A stretch of 64,000 nt of DNA from assembly GCA_963843575.1 (NCBI GenBank), contig CAWJKZ010000010.1:480001-544000 (forward strand), read 5' to 3'. Positions 63,658 to 64,000 of the stretch are shown here, one piece after another. How positions within the stretch are numbered: position 1 is the first letter of the stretch; every line of letters starts with the position of its first letter. Source of the stretch: an uncultured Acidobacteriota bacterium (lineage in GTDB: Bacteria; Acidobacteriota; UBA6911). The notes beneath the pieces are model-generated. The model was not told where the DNA came from, did not search any database, and worked only from the letters and a program-made list of their open reading frames with translations. The translations under genes and the position numbers were made by a program.

Positions 63658-64000
63658 ATGCAATTCGTTCAGACCAAGGCTCGCCCGTCGTCCCGCTCCC
63701 ATCACCTGCTGCTGACCGCGGTGCTGCTCCTGTGCGCGGCTGCGCCGACCCTGGCTCGCGGCGACAAGGTCATCCCCCAGGTGGCGGACGGCGCAGGCAA
63801 GATCAGGACCAAGATCAACATCAGCAATCTCAGCCCGAGCGCCATCGTCACGCGCACGAAGGTCTACTTCTTCCAGGCCGACTCGCGCCCGTGGACCGTG
63901 GCCACAAATCTCGGGACCGCAAGCGAGTTTCTGCTCGACCTCGGCCGCAGCAAGACCATGCGGATCGAGACCCTGGGGTTTTCCGAGGGACTCAAGGCCG
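63658..64000 (+). CDS. Secreted hypothetical protein (partial, runs off the window end)
   Basis: GGAGG-ATG at 63658, signal peptide LLLTAVLLLCAAAPTLA, then VIPQVADGAG..TKINISN. Open to the window end. Confidence 0.75.
   Translation, partial: MQFVQTKARPSSRSHHLLLTAVLLLCAAAPTLARGDKVIPQVADGAGKIRTKINISNLSPSAIVTRTKVYFFQADSRPWTVATNLGTASEFLLDLGRSKTMRIETLGFSEGLKA

Overview
GC-rich bacterial chromosomal window, probably Acidobacteriota (inferred from gene content and from proteins such as the MDRKYRQRGYQD Zn-finger and the ...PQVADG... secreted protein). It is mostly housekeeping: wecB, ABC-F, queC, tRNA-Ser(GCT), xylA, metA/metY, gltX/glnS, pdxJ, rsmI, gatCA, ribF, mazG, rne/rng, a GGDEF-mreBCD-mrdA-rodA cluster, ppiD/surA, yitJ and hemA, plus several peptidases and an alpha-2-macroglobulin. 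Eight single-base indels interrupt six otherwise conserved genes; they are most likely long-read consensus errors. There is no transposase, integrase, prophage or CRISPR array. The most notable signal is non-coding. Two REP-like hairpin families (A: TGGAGTGCGGC..GCCGCTTT; B: GTGGGTCCGGGCTTCAGCCCGGAC) are nested. A 208-bp element with 19-bp terminal inverted repeats carries a REP-A doublet and sits in the TTCA loop of a REP-B hairpin with a target-site duplication (43677-43884). The matching empty REP-B doublet is at 4001-4102, and two further junction copies are at about 18.3 and 39.3 kb. Other candidates are a 182-nt four-way-junction palindrome (54049-54230), a 6S-like rod RNA (11506-11664), a diguanylate cyclase 6 bp upstream of mreB, and a stand-alone PAS-DHp protein.
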